A DNA stretch of 64,000 bases from a virus, in IMG/VR virus record IMGVR_UViG_3300032006_002703, positions 43,411-107,410 of that record. The stretch is one strand, 5' to 3'. The notes beneath the pieces are model-generated. The model did no database searches, was not told the origin of the DNA, and saw nothing but the letters and a program-made list of their open reading frames with translations. Positions within the stretch are counted from its first letter, which is position 1, and each line of letters starts with the position of its first letter. The position numbers were made by a program, and so were the translations under genes. Positions 27,962 through 38,346 of this stretch are shown here, one piece after another.

Positions 27962-29363
27962 TAGTAATTATACCACTCTGTTATCCGCTGGAGCGGGGGT
28001 TAGGTTGGCTAATGTTGGAATGTATTTTTGTAATCATGGAAATCAGCCTAACGTTATTAGTATTTATGCATTATCTAATAACTCTCAGCCGTCGAAATCT
28101 AATGTTTTAGCGTATAACGTGGCTGTCGCTCCTAGTGAAACCTTTTATTTTGGACAGGAGAAGTTTATATTGGATGAAGGTGAAAGGCTCGTTGCAAAGA
28201 CTGGAATGAGTACAATGACATCCACCTTAACCTTCATGAGCATTGGTTCTAGCGATTATTCCAGCAATGCTAAGGGAACTGCAACGCTTGATGGTGATGG
28301 TGTTGGCGCTGTTGTAGTTACTGCTCCAGGAGCTGGGTATACATCCCCGCCAACCATCACTTTCACTGGTTGTCAGGGTCAAAACGCGACCGCAACGGTA
28401 ACGTTAACTGATAGTGGTCAAGTTCACGAAGTTGTAATTACAAATCCAGGAACTGGCTATATTTGTCCTCCTGTAGTTGAGCTTCAGGGTGGAAATGATC
28501 CAGTGGTAGAGGGTTGTACTGATTCCGCTGCAACAAATTACAATCACTTGGCCACGGTAGATGATGGATCTTGTACTTATCCAGCTGCAGTAACCAGGCA
28601 GGCGAATATTGTTAATTGGTGGAAATTTGATGAAAGCTCTGGTTCGAATGCTGCGGACTCAGTTGGGGCAGTTACTGCGGAAATTAAAAATCCAGGAGCA
28701 GACGACGATCAATGGGTTGCGGGAAAGAAAAATAATTCCTTACATTTAAATGGCCTCGGAGATGCAAATAACTTAGGTGTGGGTAATTACATGGATATAG
28801 GAGCAAGCAACAGCTCTTTTAAATTTGAGCAAAAGCCTTTCTCCATAAGTCTTTGGCTTAAGAGTGAAGCAGATTCCTCATGGAATGGTAATTCAGCTAT
28901 AATGGCTACTAAAAAATATTTTCAGCCAGACGACACTCAGGGAAATTTTATATTAGGCGCTCGGGAGGGGGCATCAAGCCCGCGAATAGGTTTCTTTATG
29001 TACAACAGCAATACCATTGGCACTCAGTATGGGGCGGATTTTGCTCATACTGATGGCGGCGGGAATCGTATTAATATTTTTGATGGAGGGTGGCATCACC
29101 TTTCTGTTACTAGTAGCGGAGGTGCGCTTCGAATATATCTTGACGGCATTCTTGGTACTGGAATAAATCATAGCGCACCTGGGGGGGAGACTTTCTTTAA
29201 TTATGATTACCCTATTAATGATGGATTTGATAGTGGAATTTATTTTGGTTTTGTTGAATGGCACTGGTATAAGTGGGATGGATTAATGGATGATATAAGA
29301 ATTTACGATATTCAACTTTCCGATTCCGAGGTTCAAAATATTTCAACGGGGGATTGGGGGTAA
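27939..29363 (+). CDS. Virion protein with PG.GY..PP repeats, GCTD motif and LamG/concanavalin-like domain
   Basis: VTAPGAGYTSPPTITF, EGCTDSAATNYN..ATVDDGSCTY, WWKFDE..G..A.D, WHHL, YLDG, GLMDDIRIYD. Confidence 0.75.
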   Translation: MIANVTVNSNYTTLLSAGAGVRLANVGMYFCNHGNQPNVISIYALSNNSQPSKSNVLAYNVAVAPSETFYFGQEKFILDEGERLVAKTGMSTMTSTLTFMSIGSSDYSSNAKGTATLDGDGVGAVVVTAPGAGYTSPPTITFTGCQGQNATATVTLTDSGQVHEVVITNPGTGYICPPVVELQGGNDPVVEGCTDSAATNYNHLATVDDGSCTYPAAVTRQANIVNWWKFDESSGSNAADSVGAVTAEIKNPGADDDQWVAGKKNNSLHLNGLGDANNLGVGNYMDIGASNSSFKFEQKPFSISLWLKSEADSSWNGNSAIMATKKYFQPDDTQGNFILGAREGASSPRIGFFMYNSNTIGTQYGADFAHTDGGGNRINIFDGGWHHLSVTSSGGALRIYLDGILGTGINHSAPGGETFFNYDYPINDGFDSGIYFGFVEWHWYKWDGLMDDIRIYDIQLSDSEVQNISTGDWG

Positions 29364-31525
29364 TGCCAGATTTTATTAACCAGTTTGGAGATGTTTCTCA
29401 TACCTATATTTCTGGGGATACTTTTGTTCGCACGAATAACGATCAGGTCATATTTGGAGAAAAGACTTTTATTAGTGACGTTTATATTTCTGGTGACTTG
29501 ATTGTGTCTGGGGAAACTAGAACTCAAAGCATTGTTGACCTTGACGTTACGGGTGATATTAGTGGTTATATTTTTAGGGGAAGGACTGGATATTTTGATA
29601 CAATAGTAACCGAAGGTCTTCAAGGGCCTGGAGGGGGTAAGATTGCTGGAGGAGGAGGTATCGATGGAGGGCCAATTTTTATAGATAATGTGACCGCATC
29701 TGTTGGAAGTATTAATATCGAATCTCGCGATGATCAAAATTTTATTACTGATATTTCTACTGCGGAAAACAGTTTTAAGGTTGACCTTATGGTGGAAAGA
29801 GGGGACTCTCAATTATATAGGCCAACTGGAGTTTTATATTATCAAACTGGACAAGCTGGGGAAACTCCTAATGAAGATAATCCAGTTTACGTTGACCCTA
29901 TGTCTTTACAGCAAGATTCTAACGGCTACTCGTGGAATAAGCAAGTTACTCTCTCAATTAATGATAGCTTAATTGATGCAAGCAAAAGGGTTTACTACGT
30001 CTTTAAGAATGGGGAACGCTCAACCGAATTAAGCGCAAAACTTGAAACTGCTCCAGAGGTTACTGCTGCTGAATTTATCCAGCAAGATGGTGTGTCTATA
30101 TACCCCGCCTATAGTGCAAGCTTTACGGATCAAGCAGGGGTTCAGCATTCTGCTAATGCTGGGGCTGGCCAAATTACTCATCAAACCAAAGTAAGGAATG
30201 GGAATACTGTAAAGATTAAAGTTGCCGCAGATAAGGACTTTGAGCAAATTCAATTAGGAGGAGGGCTTAGTGGAATAATTAGTGTTACAACTTTAGAGTC
30301 TGGCGGTAGTTATAGTTGCGAAGTTGACAGAACCATTTCAGTAGGTAATACCTCCGACCAAAATAAATCCTTTACCGTCAAGGTGAAAGATGATAAGGGT
30401 AATTGGTCTGATGTTAAAGCTAGTACAGATTTTTCCCCAGGGACTTCTGGAGGGTCCGCAACTATAGTATCAAATAACTACAGCCCTACAATGAGCATTA
30501 GCTCTCCAAATTACGACAACGGAAATCCCGCCATACAGCAGGGAGCTCAAACTGATCCGTTTACTTATAATCTTACTTATTCTGGCCCTGCAGAAGTTTA
30601 TTGGAAGGTTGAATTTTTGAGTTTTGTTGGCACAGATGGAAACAGTGGAGAGGCTGTATTATGGGATTGGAATGTGCCCAGTGGAGCGAATGATCAAAGC
30701 GGGAACACTCCAACTACTGCTCAACCTGCCTCAGGCTCTGTACAGTTCATGGATGGATCTGATATAATGTCTGAGGAGGAAGCCTCAAAGCAACCATTTA
30801 GGGTTAAACTTTTTTATAAACCCACGGGCAAAGAGAGTTCGTGGATTAATGCGCCTTCTGTTTTTCTTCAACAGTATATGAAGATTCCAACGTTAACCGT
30901 TGGCAATAAAACTATTCGGGCTGGTGATGACAATGGAAATAATGAGAATATTAGTATAAATTCTTCTTCTCAATTAAGTGGGGGCCTAGAGGATGAAGGG
31001 GTTCCTGCGGCTGATTCAAGTGGCAATACTAGCTTTGTGTCTATGGGACCAACTTCAGTAACCATTTATAACGGCGCAAGCCCTGGAGCTTTTCAAAGTT
31101 ACCCAACGTATAAAATAACGAAGGTTTCTGGGGAAGAGATGTTCGCAGTTCCGATTCAGCAGGGACAAATAACCGTAAAAGGTTTTACAACTAAAGTAAT
31201 TACGACCGATCAAAATGGGGTTGTAAATGCAGCGGGCGTACTAATTAAAGGTGATAATGACTCCTATGCTACTACTGTCGAAAACGTCAACAAGATTAAA
31301 AGCAAAACTGGAACCTCTCAGGCTATTACTGTTAAGGTTGGGACTGGCGATGAGGGTAATATTCCATATAATTCAAACATTACCGAGGTAGGAGAGGCGG
31401 ATGCCTCCAGCTCTGCTGAGTTTAATTTGAATCATGATAAAAGTCGTATATGGTTTGATAGTCAGTTTCTTGCGCAAGTGGGACAGGGTGCGACAGTAAT
31501 AATTCACATACAGGAGGCGGTGTAG
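29363..31525 (+). CDS. Virion structural/fibre-type protein A (paralog of next gene)
   Basis: DQVIFGEKTF fibre motif, SG/TG-rich N-terminus, beta-rich body shared with 31527..33587; TAATG overlap start. Confidence 0.6.
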   Translation: MPDFINQFGDVSHTYISGDTFVRTNNDQVIFGEKTFISDVYISGDLIVSGETRTQSIVDLDVTGDISGYIFRGRTGYFDTIVTEGLQGPGGGKIAGGGGIDGGPIFIDNVTASVGSINIESRDDQNFITDISTAENSFKVDLMVERGDSQLYRPTGVLYYQTGQAGETPNEDNPVYVDPMSLQQDSNGYSWNKQVTLSINDSLIDASKRVYYVFKNGERSTELSAKLETAPEVTAAEFIQQDGVSIYPAYSASFTDQAGVQHSANAGAGQITHQTKVRNGNTVKIKVAADKDFEQIQLGGGLSGIISVTTLESGGSYSCEVDRTISVGNTSDQNKSFTVKVKDDKGNWSDVKASTDFSPGTSGGSATIVSNNYSPTMSISSPNYDNGNPAIQQGAQTDPFTYNLTYSGPAEVYWKVEFLSFVGTDGNSGEAVLWDWNVPSGANDQSGNTPTTAQPASGSVQFMDGSDIMSEEEASKQPFRVKLFYKPTGKESSWINAPSVFLQQYMKIPTLTVGNKTIRAGDDNGNNENISINSSSQLSGGLEDEGVPAADSSGNTSFVSMGPTSVTIYNGASPGAFQSYPTYKITKVSGEEMFAVPIQQGQITVKGFTTKVITTDQNGVVNAAGVLIKGDNDSYATTVENVNKIKSKTGTSQAITVKVGTGDEGNIPYNSNITEVGEADASSSAEFNLNHDKSRIWFDSQFLAQVGQGATVIIHIQEAV

Positions 31526-31526
31526 T

Positions 31527-33587
31527 ATGAGCTTTAGTTTAAATGATGCCAAGAGCCAACTCGGGAATGTCTTAACTGTTCTTCCGTCTAAATTGTCAAG
31601 GTTTGAGGTTGCTGATGATTATGATTTTAATTCAGAAGTTCCTTTGCAAGAAAATCTTTTTGCAATTAGTTCTGCAGGCTTAAGTTATGTCTCAATTAAA
31701 GATGATGCTGATAATTTGATTTGGCAGTCTGTTGGTGGGGGTGGCGGCGGAGGCTTCTCCGAAGACTCTCCGAAGGGAGGCCCTATATTCGTTACAGGCC
31801 TTTATTCTAGCGCTGGAGCCGTAAGTATGGAGGGCGACCTGCAATACGGGGCGGTTTGGACTGGTGCATCTACGCCAGAAGATTCGGTTACCGTTAACCT
31901 TTTGGTTGAACGTGGGGATTCTCAAAATTATAAACCTACTGGAGTTTACTATTATCAAACTGGACAAGCGAGCGAAACTCCTAACGAAGCTGCGCCAGTT
32001 TATATTTCTGCAGATAATTTAACTCTTGATCAAAATGATTACTCTTGGAAAACAGAGGTGGATATCTCAACCTTAGACTCTTTAATGTATGACGATGGGG
32101 ATAGTTTATCTACATATTATTTGTTTTTTAACGGAGAAAGGAGTACTGAAATATCTATTAAGCGCTCCGCTTTACCAGAAGTTGAGGATGCTATTTTTGA
32201 AATTCAGGATGGTAGCTATGGGGATTGTGGCAGCGGTAATGAATATCCTTTTATGGGTTCTCACTTAGGTGGATTCATTACCCCTGGGAATACTACTGGG
32301 TTTGATATGCATACTCAAACCGCAGTGAAAAATGGAGATGAAGTCTTAATCAAGGTAACCTCTGATAAGCCTCTTTCGTCTGTGATATTTAAGAATGATG
32401 CTGGGATTATTCGTTCTTTGGAGTCTCTAGAAGCAACCTGGTATGGGCCATCTGTGGATAATGGAGGTTCATGGGATACTCATTTTTTAGTTAATATTAC
32501 TAATGCGGACGCTATTGCGTCTGATCAAACGTTTCAAATTAAGATTAAAGATCTTCAGGGGAATGTTTCTGAGGATTGGTTTGAATCAACTAATGGATTA
32601 AATACTGATAATACTTCCCCCTCTTTTTCTGTTGGAAATCCAGCGTATTCTCATGGCGGCCTTGCTATAGGACCAGGGGATGGCGTCGCGGAATATAATG
32701 TAGCTGGAAACTTTGGAGGTACAGACTATTTCCAGTTTGATTTGCAATATAGTGACATTGTTCTGGATGTGAGTCATGCTTGGGATGATAGTAACTTATT
32801 AAATGATGGGCAGAAAATAAAGGTTAAAGCTTCAAGTGGGCCAAGTTCCGCCGAGCAAACTCTTTCACCGTTCTCTTTGAAGGTTTTAAGATCAACCAAT
32901 GGAGCTTTCGTCGAATATAACTCGGTCCCTTCCCTTATAGTTCAGGATGGAAACGATCCAGTTTTAACTTTAAATGTTGATGCTGTCAGATCTGGGCCAG
33001 GCGATGGCCATGAAGATGAAATCATTGTGACTTCAAACGTTTCTTTAAGTAGTCTTGATTTATTTGCAGATCAGGATCCGTTTGGTGACGGAACTGTAAT
33101 CACATCCCCTGGGGCTAGTTCGGCGGTTCAGGTTGATGCAAAAAATTGGAAAATTAAAGTCAAATCTCTGGACTCTGCGGCAAGAGAAACTCCTTTTGAT
33201 ATCATTCTTACTACCACAAAATACTCTTCACAAGGTTCTCCAATAACAGTTAGTAGTCAGGTTCGTGGGTTCGTTCAAAGGGAAATATCTAAAAATGGCG
33301 TAGAGGCTCTTTCGGAAATTCCAATTGGCACTGTTGTGGTGAACCCTGCAAAAATTAAAAGCAAGAGTGGGTTGATGGAAAATTTAACCCTTAAGGTTAA
33401 TTCTGGAAACGAGGCTAATGTGCCTTTTAACTCCGAAGTGTCTTCTTCTAGTCTTGGGGGTGGAGTGGGCGCAGAGTTCGGACTCTCGGCGGATTCTTCA
33501 TCTATAATTTTAGATTCAGATGCGAGGGCTCAATGGTCCCCTCAGGACTCTACCACCGTATACATAACATTGGAGGAGCTTATATAA
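31527..33587 (+). CDS. Virion structural protein B
   Basis: Shares VERGDSQ.Y.PTGV.YYQTGQA.ETPNE and the C-terminus with A, and the N-terminus with C. Confidence 0.6.
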   Translation: MSFSLNDAKSQLGNVLTVLPSKLSRFEVADDYDFNSEVPLQENLFAISSAGLSYVSIKDDADNLIWQSVGGGGGGGFSEDSPKGGPIFVTGLYSSAGAVSMEGDLQYGAVWTGASTPEDSVTVNLLVERGDSQNYKPTGVYYYQTGQASETPNEAAPVYISADNLTLDQNDYSWKTEVDISTLDSLMYDDGDSLSTYYLFFNGERSTEISIKRSALPEVEDAIFEIQDGSYGDCGSGNEYPFMGSHLGGFITPGNTTGFDMHTQTAVKNGDEVLIKVTSDKPLSSVIFKNDAGIIRSLESLEATWYGPSVDNGGSWDTHFLVNITNADAIASDQTFQIKIKDLQGNVSEDWFESTNGLNTDNTSPSFSVGNPAYSHGGLAIGPGDGVAEYNVAGNFGGTDYFQFDLQYSDIVLDVSHAWDDSNLLNDGQKIKVKASSGPSSAEQTLSPFSLKVLRSTNGAFVEYNSVPSLIVQDGNDPVLTLNVDAVRSGPGDGHEDEIIVTSNVSLSSLDLFADQDPFGDGTVITSPGASSAVQVDAKNWKIKVKSLDSAARETPFDIILTTTKYSSQGSPITVSSQVRGFVQREISKNGVEALSEIPIGTVVVNPAKIKSKSGLMENLTLKVNSGNEANVPFNSEVSSSSLGGGVGAEFGLSADSSSIILDSDARAQWSPQDSTTVYITLEELI

Positions 33588-33588
33588 G

Positions 33589-34467
33589 ATGAGTACTGAC
33601 TCTGACGCAAGGGCTCAATTAGGAAACGTATTAAGCGTTCTTCCGCAGAAGCTTCATAAGATAGAATTCGATGCATCTTATGATTTCGCCTCAGAAATTC
33701 CCGTTTCTAAAAATATGCTTTCCCTTGATTCCCTTGGGGTCGCCTGGATTTCGGAAGATAATCCTAATGCAATTAACGATGGCAACCTTTATTTGTGGAA
33801 GAAAATTGGCGGGTCCTCTGTTGTTGGCGACGGGGGCGGAGCTGGTGGCGGAGGTGGATTAACCTTAAGCGGGGTCGGCGACGGCGTTGGTTCGGGAGTC
33901 GGGTATATTGATTCTCTATTTTTGGATATTGAAACCGATCCTAATGGACTGGAGCTTGTTAAGCCCCCAGGAAAAAATCCCACAGTTAAACTTTCAGATC
34001 AACTCGCCCAAGCCTCAAATGAGTTGGTTATTATGTGGACTATTCCTGAAGGTTTCAGGAAAGGCTTAGTTCCATTTCCCGACACTTTTAATGTTCCCGC
34101 GAATACGACGCCGACAGTATTTACTCAACTTATTGCAAGTGGCAATCCTACTCCCAGTTATGCAACTACAGTTTCTAATGTCACTTCTAGTGGTTTTGAG
34201 CTGGAATTGAGCGCTCAGGTTAATGAGCCTCATCAGTCGATGAATATATTAATTAAAACTAATGAGCCCGTGGAGATGGTGGGTATACCTGAGCTTCCAG
34301 TTGGTTGGGATTGGTTCGTTTTTGATACTGAGGCGGAGATTTTGGGCCTTTACCAGCTTAACCAATTAATTGTTAATAGTATTTATTACGCAAAGGACAC
34401 TAATCGTATGTATATTTTATCCTCAGAAACTAATGAATTAGTGTACTATCAAGGGAGCCCTGTATAA
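33589..34467 (+). CDS. Virion structural protein C (adaptor-like; H-type-lectin-like middle domain)
   Basis: N-terminus like B, Gly linker, FPDTF...PTV...SNVTSSGF domain, C-terminal IYYAKDTNRMY. Confidence 0.55.
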   Translation: MSTDSDARAQLGNVLSVLPQKLHKIEFDASYDFASEIPVSKNMLSLDSLGVAWISEDNPNAINDGNLYLWKKIGGSSVVGDGGGAGGGGGLTLSGVGDGVGSGVGYIDSLFLDIETDPNGLELVKPPGKNPTVKLSDQLAQASNELVIMWTIPEGFRKGLVPFPDTFNVPANTTPTVFTQLIASGNPTPSYATTVSNVTSSGFELELSAQVNEPHQSMNILIKTNEPVEMVGIPELPVGWDWFVFDTEAEILGLYQLNQLIVNSIYYAKDTNRMYILSSETNELVYYQGSPV

Positions 34468-34469
34468 AA

Positions 34470-37400
34470 ATGTCGTTAATTAATTTAGATGCCCTAGAGA
34501 TTGAGAACGCCGCTTCTATTGTGGGTAATGATCCGTCATCTCCCATTAATCCAGGTCAAGCAGGAAGAATTGCTTTTGCTAAGGATACTAACGTGTTATA
34601 TTTTGCAGAGGATGAAACTACATGGATAAAGTTTTTACCTCAAGAGGCGACCGTGGGTGGAGTAGGTTCTACTCCAACGGCGCCCGTCGGGAGCGATGTT
34701 GATGATGACGGGCTGGCTCAACTAGCTACTGGTACTGGGTTTTTAAATGGATATTACACTATGGATGCCGAGAGGAAGGAGATTGGTATTTATTATAGCG
34801 GCACTTTTGATAACCCTATAGATCCGAGAGTTTTTATTTTTGAGACGGAGGCATCTTATGAAAGTATTCTTCAGGAGAATATTTTAGGCCCTGCGGAAAC
34901 CTTAACTTATGCTGGCCAAGTATTTAGCGCTCCAGATTATTGTTGGGACCCTGAGTGGTTTGCGACTGCAGTAGATCAAATCCAGAACATTACCCTTGAC
35001 TCAATTACTGAAGGCGACGAGGTTTCTCTTTCCGTTAATGGTCAGACTACCACCATAACTACAAGCGGAGATGATGATTCAGATTTTGCGGTGCAATTGA
35101 AGGTTATTCTTCAAAACAATCATTCGAATTTTTCTTGGAGTGTTAATGGTTCAACCGTCTCCATATCCGCTCCAATTGGGTCTGTTATTCTTACTGAAGG
35201 CTCTTCCAGTGGGACTGGTTCCGTAACTTTCACTGAAATTCAAGCTGGCCATGCCGCAGCACCTATGCTAGAAGATAATAGCATGATAATGTTTAAGAAT
35301 TTCAAGGATCGTGCTGGCAAAAATACCGTGATTGCTCCGAAGTATCCATATAGCTACTATGCGAGCCACCCCCTTTATAGGGCTGAAAACTATGACATAT
35401 ATAATGATGGCTCTTTAATTGAATCTAGGATTACTGGATGGTCGGGAAGTTACGTGACTTCACGAGCTTTGGACAAGCAGAAATCATGGTTAAATCAGGG
35501 GAGAACTGGGGTGACTCCTAGAATCAAAAAAAATAAAATCACCGTAGGTGGTCAACTTTTTTATCATACTGGTATAGAGTTCGGGTGGACTGGCATGAGT
35601 GGCGACGCATTGGGGAATCGAGAGCATTGGAACTATTCGGCGAAGCAATACGGTCAGGTCGATGGCAACTTTAGGAGTACCGATAAATATGTACATGGGC
35701 GGCAATCGGGAATGAATATACCTAAAAAATCTAATCTTTTTTATACCACCGATAAAGGGGACGACGCTTTCGCGGCACTGGATTTTTCCAATACTAAAGT
35801 TAACCCCATTTACTATAATCATGTAGTCTTAGGTTTTGGGGGCGCAAGTCAAAGTTCAAAGATTCATGGTAAGCCAAGGAGAAGCTATGAGAATAGGCAC
35901 CACGCCATTATAGGCAATTCTCAAATGTTAGGTTTTGGCGGCAATGGCAATGATGGGCAAGGTGGGAATTCCGTGGTGGCCAGCTATGGACCTCAGGGGA
36001 TTTTGATTCATAACTATGGCTACAAGACTTCGTCTGATAAAAATTATGACTCACTTTGGCTTAGTCCAGCGGGGGGCTTTTTCTCTAATAGAGTAACTGG
36101 ATATAATACATATTATGAAGCGTATGGTCATAGTCAGGACGCGCCGTGGGGAGGAGGTATGGACGATCCTTTTGATTGGATGTGGAGTGATATGGCCTAT
36201 AACTCTTATTATACTGGGCTAGGTTATAGTGGTATAGGTAGGCGACACATTTTACCGTGGACGTTCAATACTGGCGCCGTGGACTTACCTGCAACCGAGG
36301 ATAGTGCGCATTGGCTTTCTAATGACTTTGCAGGCCCAACGGATTTGAGTGATCATTCACATAGAATGCAATTTAAGAATCATTATACAACTGGCTTGCT
36401 TCCATATTCATATGGCACCACTGCTCAAAATAGATCCCCAGACTACTATGGCAAGCTGGAGGAAAATGTTGATGTAACCATGCCTACCACAAATGAAGTG
36501 GTTACGTTTGAAAAATATCCTGTTATAAAAAATGGCTACTATTTTTGGAATGGCTCACAGGCTGGGGATTATAGGACGAACGACCCTGATAACGATGGGG
36601 GAGATTGGGGTAATCCCAATAACGGAACCACACAGGGTGGTTATTATTACTATATAAAGCAAAGATTACCAGGGCCAGGCGCTCCATCAACAAGTTCTCA
36701 GTATCCTTTTAATTATATAAATAAATCCAGACAGTGGCCATATAATATGTGCACCCTAAAGGATGGCGCCTTTAGTGTCCCTCCTAAAGAAACTATTCAG
36801 GGGATTAAGGATGGAAAATGGTCTTGGGGCCCTGAGGATGAAGTTACTTTTGAGTTTATTTATAAAGCTACCCCTATAAAGCCTAATTATGGAGATAACT
36901 ATTGGGAGTGGACGCAAAATAATTCTTCATATAATAGTGCAGGATTTAATAACACTTACAATTATGCCGCCGCCCAGCAAGAGGGAACGGATCATCCCAA
37001 CAGCTTTGAGAATATGGTCTTAAATGACATACATCCTGGCAACTACGCAAATGTTCAGGGTTCTTTTATAAATTTAGGCGGGCACCAATCTTACTATTGG
37101 TTAACTATTGGGGTTTGTGCTGGTAGATTAACGGTAGTAAATCAAAGGCCAGGGAAGCAGTCTAGAGCTGGTGAATATCCAGCAAGTCACCCGTTTTTAA
37201 TGGGAGAAACCTTGCTTGAGAATAATAAATGGTATCACTTTGCAGTAGTTAAGCATAAGGCTTCTGAAAAAAATAGACTAGAGCTTTACGTTAATGGAAA
37301 ACTTGACGGATGCGCCTCACTGGTCGCTGACGTTTCTCAGCATGGCTCTAATTATAATGGTGGAACTTATTATACTGATACAAGTGTTGTCCCGAATATA

Positions 37401-38345
37401 GAAAATTTGCCAGTTGACAATGTGTCTGTTCCTCATTTTGTTTCTCACCCCTCTGATCTCCCTGATGGTAAAGGTCATGGTAATTATTCTTGGATGGGAG
37501 AATATTGGGGTTATCCTGTAAAGGGAAATGCGAAATATAGTCCAGATGGAGCTGGCGGAAAAAATAACACAGATCCTATTCAGCCTGATGGGGCTGGTAC
37601 TGAATATTCCTATGGGTGGCTTAATGTAGATAAGGTTATAGCTGCCACCGCTGGAGAGTATCCTGTCGAAGAGGGTAGTAATATGAAGGTTTATTATCAT
37701 GGAGATTTGAGAGAAAAAACATCAGGCGGCTATGGAACTCAGTCGGCATACGATATGGATAATTTTGAAGAAACGGTTGGGAATAGCGCTGAGCATACTA
37801 TAATTAACTTTGGTTCCCCTTATTATCAAACGTCGAGTAATTGTAGATTTGGGCCTCTGCAGGTTGCGAATAAAGCTATTTACGATGGCGATTTCTCTAG
37901 CAGCTTCACTATTGATGATGATCTTGGGATTATAGATGGGCCAATCGCCCCTAAAATTAATGAGAGTCTGGTTTACGTTGATTGGAGTAACGCGCCTTCC
38001 ACTTCTTGGGATTATGAGGATTTGGCTTATTTCGATTTCAAATTCAGTGTGCAGGATAATTTCCAGATGCGTGATAATATAAAAATGGAAACCTATATTC
38101 GAATTGGAGACTTTGAATATGATTGGGTTATGCCCACTAATTGGGTTACTGCTAAAAAGATGGCAAGTTGGCATTGGGATACCTCTACATATGTTAGCGC
38201 TGAGAATTCTCAAATGCGCTCTGTGGACTTGTATTTAAGGATGGGATATTTTGGGGAAGAGGGTCCAAATAGAAATAAAAACCTGGATGACAAAAGAAAT
38301 AGTGTAAGAAATTATCTACTTAGTAAATATTTAAATATAACATAA
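34470..38345 (+). CDS. Large putative receptor-binding/fibre protein with LamG-like domain
   Basis: 1291 aa, rich in Y/N/G/W; NKWYHFAVV...ELYVNGKLD; N-terminal IAFAKDTNVLY. Confidence 0.6.
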   Translation: MSLINLDALEIENAASIVGNDPSSPINPGQAGRIAFAKDTNVLYFAEDETTWIKFLPQEATVGGVGSTPTAPVGSDVDDDGLAQLATGTGFLNGYYTMDAERKEIGIYYSGTFDNPIDPRVFIFETEASYESILQENILGPAETLTYAGQVFSAPDYCWDPEWFATAVDQIQNITLDSITEGDEVSLSVNGQTTTITTSGDDDSDFAVQLKVILQNNHSNFSWSVNGSTVSISAPIGSVILTEGSSSGTGSVTFTEIQAGHAAAPMLEDNSMIMFKNFKDRAGKNTVIAPKYPYSYYASHPLYRAENYDIYNDGSLIESRITGWSGSYVTSRALDKQKSWLNQGRTGVTPRIKKNKITVGGQLFYHTGIEFGWTGMSGDALGNREHWNYSAKQYGQVDGNFRSTDKYVHGRQSGMNIPKKSNLFYTTDKGDDAFAALDFSNTKVNPIYYNHVVLGFGGASQSSKIHGKPRRSYENRHHAIIGNSQMLGFGGNGNDGQGGNSVVASYGPQGILIHNYGYKTSSDKNYDSLWLSPAGGFFSNRVTGYNTYYEAYGHSQDAPWGGGMDDPFDWMWSDMAYNSYYTGLGYSGIGRRHILPWTFNTGAVDLPATEDSAHWLSNDFAGPTDLSDHSHRMQFKNHYTTGLLPYSYGTTAQNRSPDYYGKLEENVDVTMPTTNEVVTFEKYPVIKNGYYFWNGSQAGDYRTNDPDNDGGDWGNPNNGTTQGGYYYYIKQRLPGPGAPSTSSQYPFNYINKSRQWPYNMCTLKDGAFSVPPKETIQGIKDGKWSWGPEDEVTFEFIYKATPIKPNYGDNYWEWTQNNSSYNSAGFNNTYNYAAAQQEGTDHPNSFENMVLNDIHPGNYANVQGSFINLGGHQSYYWLTIGVCAGRLTVVNQRPGKQSRAGEYPASHPFLMGETLLENNKWYHFAVVKHKASEKNRLELYVNGKLDGCASLVADVSQHGSNYNGGTYYTDTSVVPNIENLPVDNVSVPHFVSHPSDLPDGKGHGNYSWMGEYWGYPVKGNAKYSPDGAGGKNNTDPIQPDGAGTEYSYGWLNVDKVIAATAGEYPVEEGSNMKVYYHGDLREKTSGGYGTQSAYDMDNFEETVGNSAEHTIINFGSPYYQTSSNCRFGPLQVANKAIYDGDFSSSFTIDDDLGIIDGPIAPKINESLVYVDWSNAPSTSWDYEDLAYFDFKFSVQDNFQMRDNIKMETYIRIGDFEYDWVMPTNWVTAKKMASWHWDTSTYVSAENSQMRSVDLYLRMGYFGEEGPNRNKNLDDKRNSVRNYLLSKYLNIT

Positions 38346-38346
38346 A

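Noticed and set aside
34441-34446. GTGTAC at 34441 (and GTGTAG at 31520) as further promoter boxes
   Set aside because: Spacing to the next ATG (23 nt and 1 nt) falls outside the 8-12 nt pattern, so they were not counted.
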